A stretch of DNA of 64,000 nt, taken from positions 149,856,001-149,920,000 of the forward strand of contig CM059431.1 of NCBI GenBank assembly GCA_030390025.1, read 5' to 3'. This DNA comes from Squalus acanthias (taxonomy: Eukaryota). The notes under the pieces are model-generated. The model was not told the DNA's origin, ran no database searches, and saw only the letters and a list, made by a program, of their open reading frames with translations. The translations under genes and the position numbers were made by a program. Positions 59,910 through 64,000 of the stretch are shown here, one piece after another; position 1 is the first letter of the stretch, and each line of letters begins with the position of its first letter.

Positions 59910-62190
59910 GGAATGGAGGCTGGGCTCTTCCTTCTCCGTGTTTGGGGCTCAGTAACTTACCGACTGTGCACACAAGTGACATACCACAGTCCTGGAATGG
60001 AGCCTGCGCCCATCCTTCTATATGTGTTGTGCTCAGTACCTCACCGACTGTAAACAACTGACATACCACAGGCCGCGAATGGAGCCTGTGCCCTTACTTC
60101 TCTGTATGTTGGGCTCAGTAACTCAATGATTTTGAACAACTAACATACCATATGCCGTAAATGGAGACTGGGCCCTTCCTTCTCCATGTTCGGGGCTCAG
60201 TACGACACCGAATGAGAACAAGTAACACACCACAGACCTAGAATGGAGCCTGGGCCATTCCTTCTCCATGTTTGGGGCTCAGTACCACAACGAATCAGAA
60301 CAAATTAAAAACCACAGGCCGGAAATGGAGCCTGGGATCTACCTGCTCTGTGTGAGGCTCAGTAACACACCGAATGTGAACAACTAAAAGACAACAGGCC
60401 AGGAATAGAGCCTGGGCTCTTCCTGCTCTATGTTTGTGTATCAGCACCTCACCGACTGTGAACAATTTATATATCACAGGCCACGAATGGACCCTGGTCC
60501 CTTCCTTCCCTATGAGGGGCACAGTACCTCACCGAATGTGAACAGGTAACAGGCCATAGGCCGGGAATAGAGTCTGGGCCCTTCCTGCTCTGTGTGTGGG
60601 GCTCAGCACCTCCCTGACTGTGAACAAGCGGCATGCCACTGGCAGCAAATGGTGGTTTGGCACTTCTTTCTCTGTGTGCGGGGCTCAGTACCACACCGAA
60701 TAAGAACAACTAAAACACCAGAGACATGGAATGTAACCTAAGCACTTCCTTCTTGTGTGGGGCTCAGTACCACACCGAAAACGAATAACTGATATGCCAC
60801 AGACCGTAAATGGAGCCTGAGCTCTTCCTTCTCTGTGTTTGGGGCTCAGTACCTCAACGAATGTGAACAACTAACATACCTTAGGTCTGGAATAGAGCCT
60901 GGGGCCTTCCTTCTATGTATGGGGGGCTCCGTACCTACCGAATGAGATCACCTGACATAGCACAGGCCGTGAATAGAGCCTGGGCCTTTCCTTTTCTGTG
61001 TGGTGCTCAGTACCACACCGAATGAGAACAACTAATAGAACACAGGTCGGGAATAGAGACGGGCCCACTATTCTCAGAGCGAGGCTCAGTGCCACACCGA
61101 ATGGGAACAACTAATTGATCACAGGCCGAGAATAGAGCCTGGGGCCTTACTTCTGTGTGTGGGGCTCAGTGACTCCCCGAATGAGAGCAATCAATAGACC
61201 ACAGGTTGGTAATAGAGCTTCGGCCCTTGCTTTACTGTGTGTGGTCAGTACCTCACCGAATGAGAACAGCGAACACCACAGGCCTTAAATGGAGCCTGGG
61301 CAATTCTTTCTCAGTGTGGGGTTCAGTAGGACACCAAATGATAAGAACTAACAAACCACAGGCCGGGAATAGAGCCTGGGGCCTTCCTTCTCTGTGTGCG
61401 GAGCTCAGTACTTCAACGACTTGGAACAACTAACATACCACAGGCTCTCAATGTAGCTTGGGCCCTTCCTTCTTCATGGGGGGTGATCAGTACCACACCG
61501 AAGGAGAACAACTAACACACCACAGTCCTGGAATGGAGCCTGGGACCTTCCTTCTCAGTGTGGTGCTCAGTGCCACACTAAATGAGAAGAACTAACAGAC
61601 CACAGGCCGGGCATAGAGCCTGTATCATTTTTCTCAGTGTGGGGCAGAGTGCCACTACCGAATGAGAGCAACAGTAGACCAGAGGCCCGGAATAGAGCCT
61701 CGGCCCTTCCTTCTCTGTGTGGGTCTCAGTACAACACCGAATGAGAACAACTAACACCACAGGCAATACATGGAGATTGGATCCTTCTTTCTCAGTGTGG
61801 GGCTCAGTACCACATCAAATGTGACATAACATAGGCCTGCAAAACAGCCTGGTCCTTTCCTTCTCTTTCTGGGACTCAGTACCACACCGAATGAGAACAA
61901 CTAGTAGACCATATTCCGGGAATAGAGCCTAGGCCCTTCCTTTTTTGTGTGGATGTAAGTGCCACACTGAATGAGAACACCTGGCCTACCACAGGCGGGA
62001 ATGGAGCCTGGGATCTTCCCTCTCTTTGTGTAAGGCTCAGCACCACAATCACTGTCAACAACTAACATACCACAGGCCGGTAATTGAGTCTGCGCCCTTT
62101 CTTCTCTATGTGCAGGGCTCAGTACCACAATGACTGTGAACAACTAAATTACCACAGGAATCGAGCCTGGGCCCTTCTTGCTCTGTGTTT
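59910..62190. repeat. Minisatellite G, about 83-bp unit, about 27 units
   Basis: GGAATRGAGCCTGGGCCCTTCCTTCTCTGTGTGGGGCTCAGTACCACACCGAATGAGAACAACTAACATACCACAGGCC; related monomers at about 56920-57095 and 58900-59000. Confidence 0.92.
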
Positions 62191-62364
62191 GGTTCAGAGC
62201 TGGGAATCGCCTGTGAAATCAGCCTAAAAATTCAAAGCACAAACCGCCTAACATCTATCTCGAAATTTAGAGATACATTTTCGAGTGGATGAGCTAGCCG
62301 GAACCTACCTCAATCGGTCCTCCCTGTCTGATTAATTACTTAGGAGACGGTAGAAATGAACGGA

Positions 62365-62733
62365 AGAGATTTACCAGAATGGGACCAGGGATGAGGGACT
62401 TCAGTTACGTGGAGAGATTGGAGATGCGGGGATTGTTCTCCATAGAGCAGAGAAGGTTAAGGGAAGATTGACCAAAATGGTACCAGGGATGAGGGACTTC
62501 AGTTATATCGAGAGACTGGAGAAGGTGGGATTGTTCTCCTTAGAGTAGAGACGGTTAAGGGGAGGTTTACTAGAATGGTACCAGGGGATGAGAGACTTCA
62601 GTTACGTGGAGAGACTGGAGAAGCTGGGATTGTTCTCCTTGGAGCAGAGAAGGTAAAGGGGAGATTTACCAGAATCGTACCAGGGATGAGGCACTTCAGT
62701 TATGTGGATAGACTAGAGAAGCTGGGATTGTTC
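62365..62733 (+). repeat. Tandem repeat (98 bp x about 3.7) of an internal CR1 ORF2 segment
   Basis: CCAGGG at 62385, 62483, 62581 and 62680; the unit encodes RFTRMVPGMRDFSYVERLEKLGLFSLEQRRLRG. Confidence 0.9.
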
Positions 62734-62752
62734 TTCGCCTTTGCGCAGAGCG

Positions 62753-62825
62753 TCCTGGCTAGCCCAGTCGCCAGAGAATAAATCTCTTAATCGCAATGTC
62801 GTGGGTTCCAGCTCGATGCTGGGTG
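62753..62825 (+). pseudogene. tRNA-Lys(CTT) pseudogene
   Basis: 73 nt colinear with vertebrate tRNA-Lys-CTT (GGCTAGCCCAGTCG...CTCTTAATC...GTCGTGGGTTCCAGC), with many stem-breaking substitutions. Confidence 0.75.
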
Positions 62826-63074
62826 GTTTGTGGTTTGATTTTTTTAGGCTGGTTTCACAAGGCAATCCCCTGTTCTGAATTCCTGGGCAAAGAGTGCAAG
62901 GAGTGTTTGATATAAATGAGATTCAGCAACAGTATTAGGAAATCTCTCCCTGATTCGTGACTCACTCCAACATCTCGCTGCTGAAGATTGAACGTTATTT
63001 AATTCCAGCTGCAGCTGGGGCGTCAGTTCGGCCCTGTGGGACTTCGAGCCCATCTCTCCCTCCATCACCCATGG

Positions 63075-63300
63075 GTGCCATGAAAACAACGGAGAATTTG
63101 TATTGTGTTCAGTTTTGGTCTCCTTACCTAAGGAAGGATATACTTGCCTCAAAGAGGGTGTAATGAAGGCTCACTAGATTTATTACTGGGACGAGAGGAT
63201 TGTCCCATGGGGAGGGATTGAGTAAAATGGGCCTGTATTCTCTGGTGTTTAGAGGAATGAGAGGCAAACTGATTGAAACGTACAAAATTCATAGAGGGCT
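63075..63300 (+). mobile_element. CR1 ORF2 fragment
   Basis: YCVQFWSPYLRKDILA; MGLYSLVFRGMRGKLIETYKI. Confidence 0.85.
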
Positions 63301-64000
63301 TGGTTCTACCATCTCAGATGCGAGTGTGCTCCAAGCTGAAACGCGGCAGACAGCTGGCGATTCAGAGAACCTCGTGGACTGTGATCTCTTTGTCACTTTA
63401 GAATGGCTGCTCTGACAACATTCCTGCTGACAAAAACAAGCTTTCCAATATTTATCAATTCTCTCGCCCCCTTGGTTACACCGACTGACGCTATCAGGCA
63501 GCACCTGTGTTGACGCGATCCCCATCGTCTTTCGAGGCTTCCTTTTCTGTTGCTTCTAAGACAGCCTGAATCACAATTTGGGAAATTGGTCAGCTTCCCA
63601 GCACACCTTCTTGAACAGTCAGTTTACATTTCCTTTGTTGAATTAATACCTTTAGCCAAACTCAACTCCTTTAGCAGGTCTATAATCCAGGTAAGGTTTT
63701 AGGATCCTTAAAAGCGATGTTGAAATGTCGGAAATCCTTCTGGAGGAAGCGGATTAAAGGATGCAAGCTATAACAAGCATTGAGTCCAAAACTGAGCGGA
63801 ATGGCCCAACAGTTTAAATTCTCAAATCGCCGATCCTGCACTGTGTGTTAAAGCTCTGCACCATTGCGCTGCTTTCGTGATGTTTAATTTGCAGCAAATT
63901 CACCAAATGGAAAAGAATCGAAGGGATCATTAAGATAATCTAACCCCTCCGATATTTAACGACTGTACAATATGTTGAAAATAGTTGCAATCCCACGTTG

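Noticed and set aside
59910..62190. Regularly spaced repeats suggesting a CRISPR array
   Set aside because: Whole units are homologous with no unique spacers, there are no cas genes, and the context is vertebrate.
63300..64000. Unique-looking sequence at the window end
   Set aside because: No recognisable ORF, RNA or repeat signature in any frame I examined.

Overview
This is eukaryotic DNA, most consistent with a cartilaginous fish (shark-type CR1 LINEs, V-SINE/HE1-like and Deu-domain SINE fragments, Penelope-like elements). Most of the window is nested retroelements and minisatellite arrays, so most short ORFs in the track are decayed LINE pieces or open satellite frames. Host-gene content: (1) a two-exon class A GPCR locus of the GPR139/GPR142-like type, with an intact exon 1 (2616-2796), a second TE-disrupted exon-1 remnant (about 28460-29657) and a frameshifted exon 2 (31633-32501); (2) an isolated minus-strand exon resembling the membrane domain of a white/ABCG half-transporter (47808 to about 48039); (3) a tRNA-Lys(CTT) pseudogene. 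Other notable structure: a young CR1 with an uninterrupted 983-aa ORF2 and an identical 148-bp copy of its 3' end 4 kb away; hammerhead ribozyme motifs in Penelope termini; a tandem YY1-motif array; an inverted duplicated composite block bracketing the GPCR locus; and several minisatellites that appear to have been seeded from SINE or LINE segments. Boundaries of decayed elements are approximate. All family assignments come from recognising motifs by eye, not from database searches.
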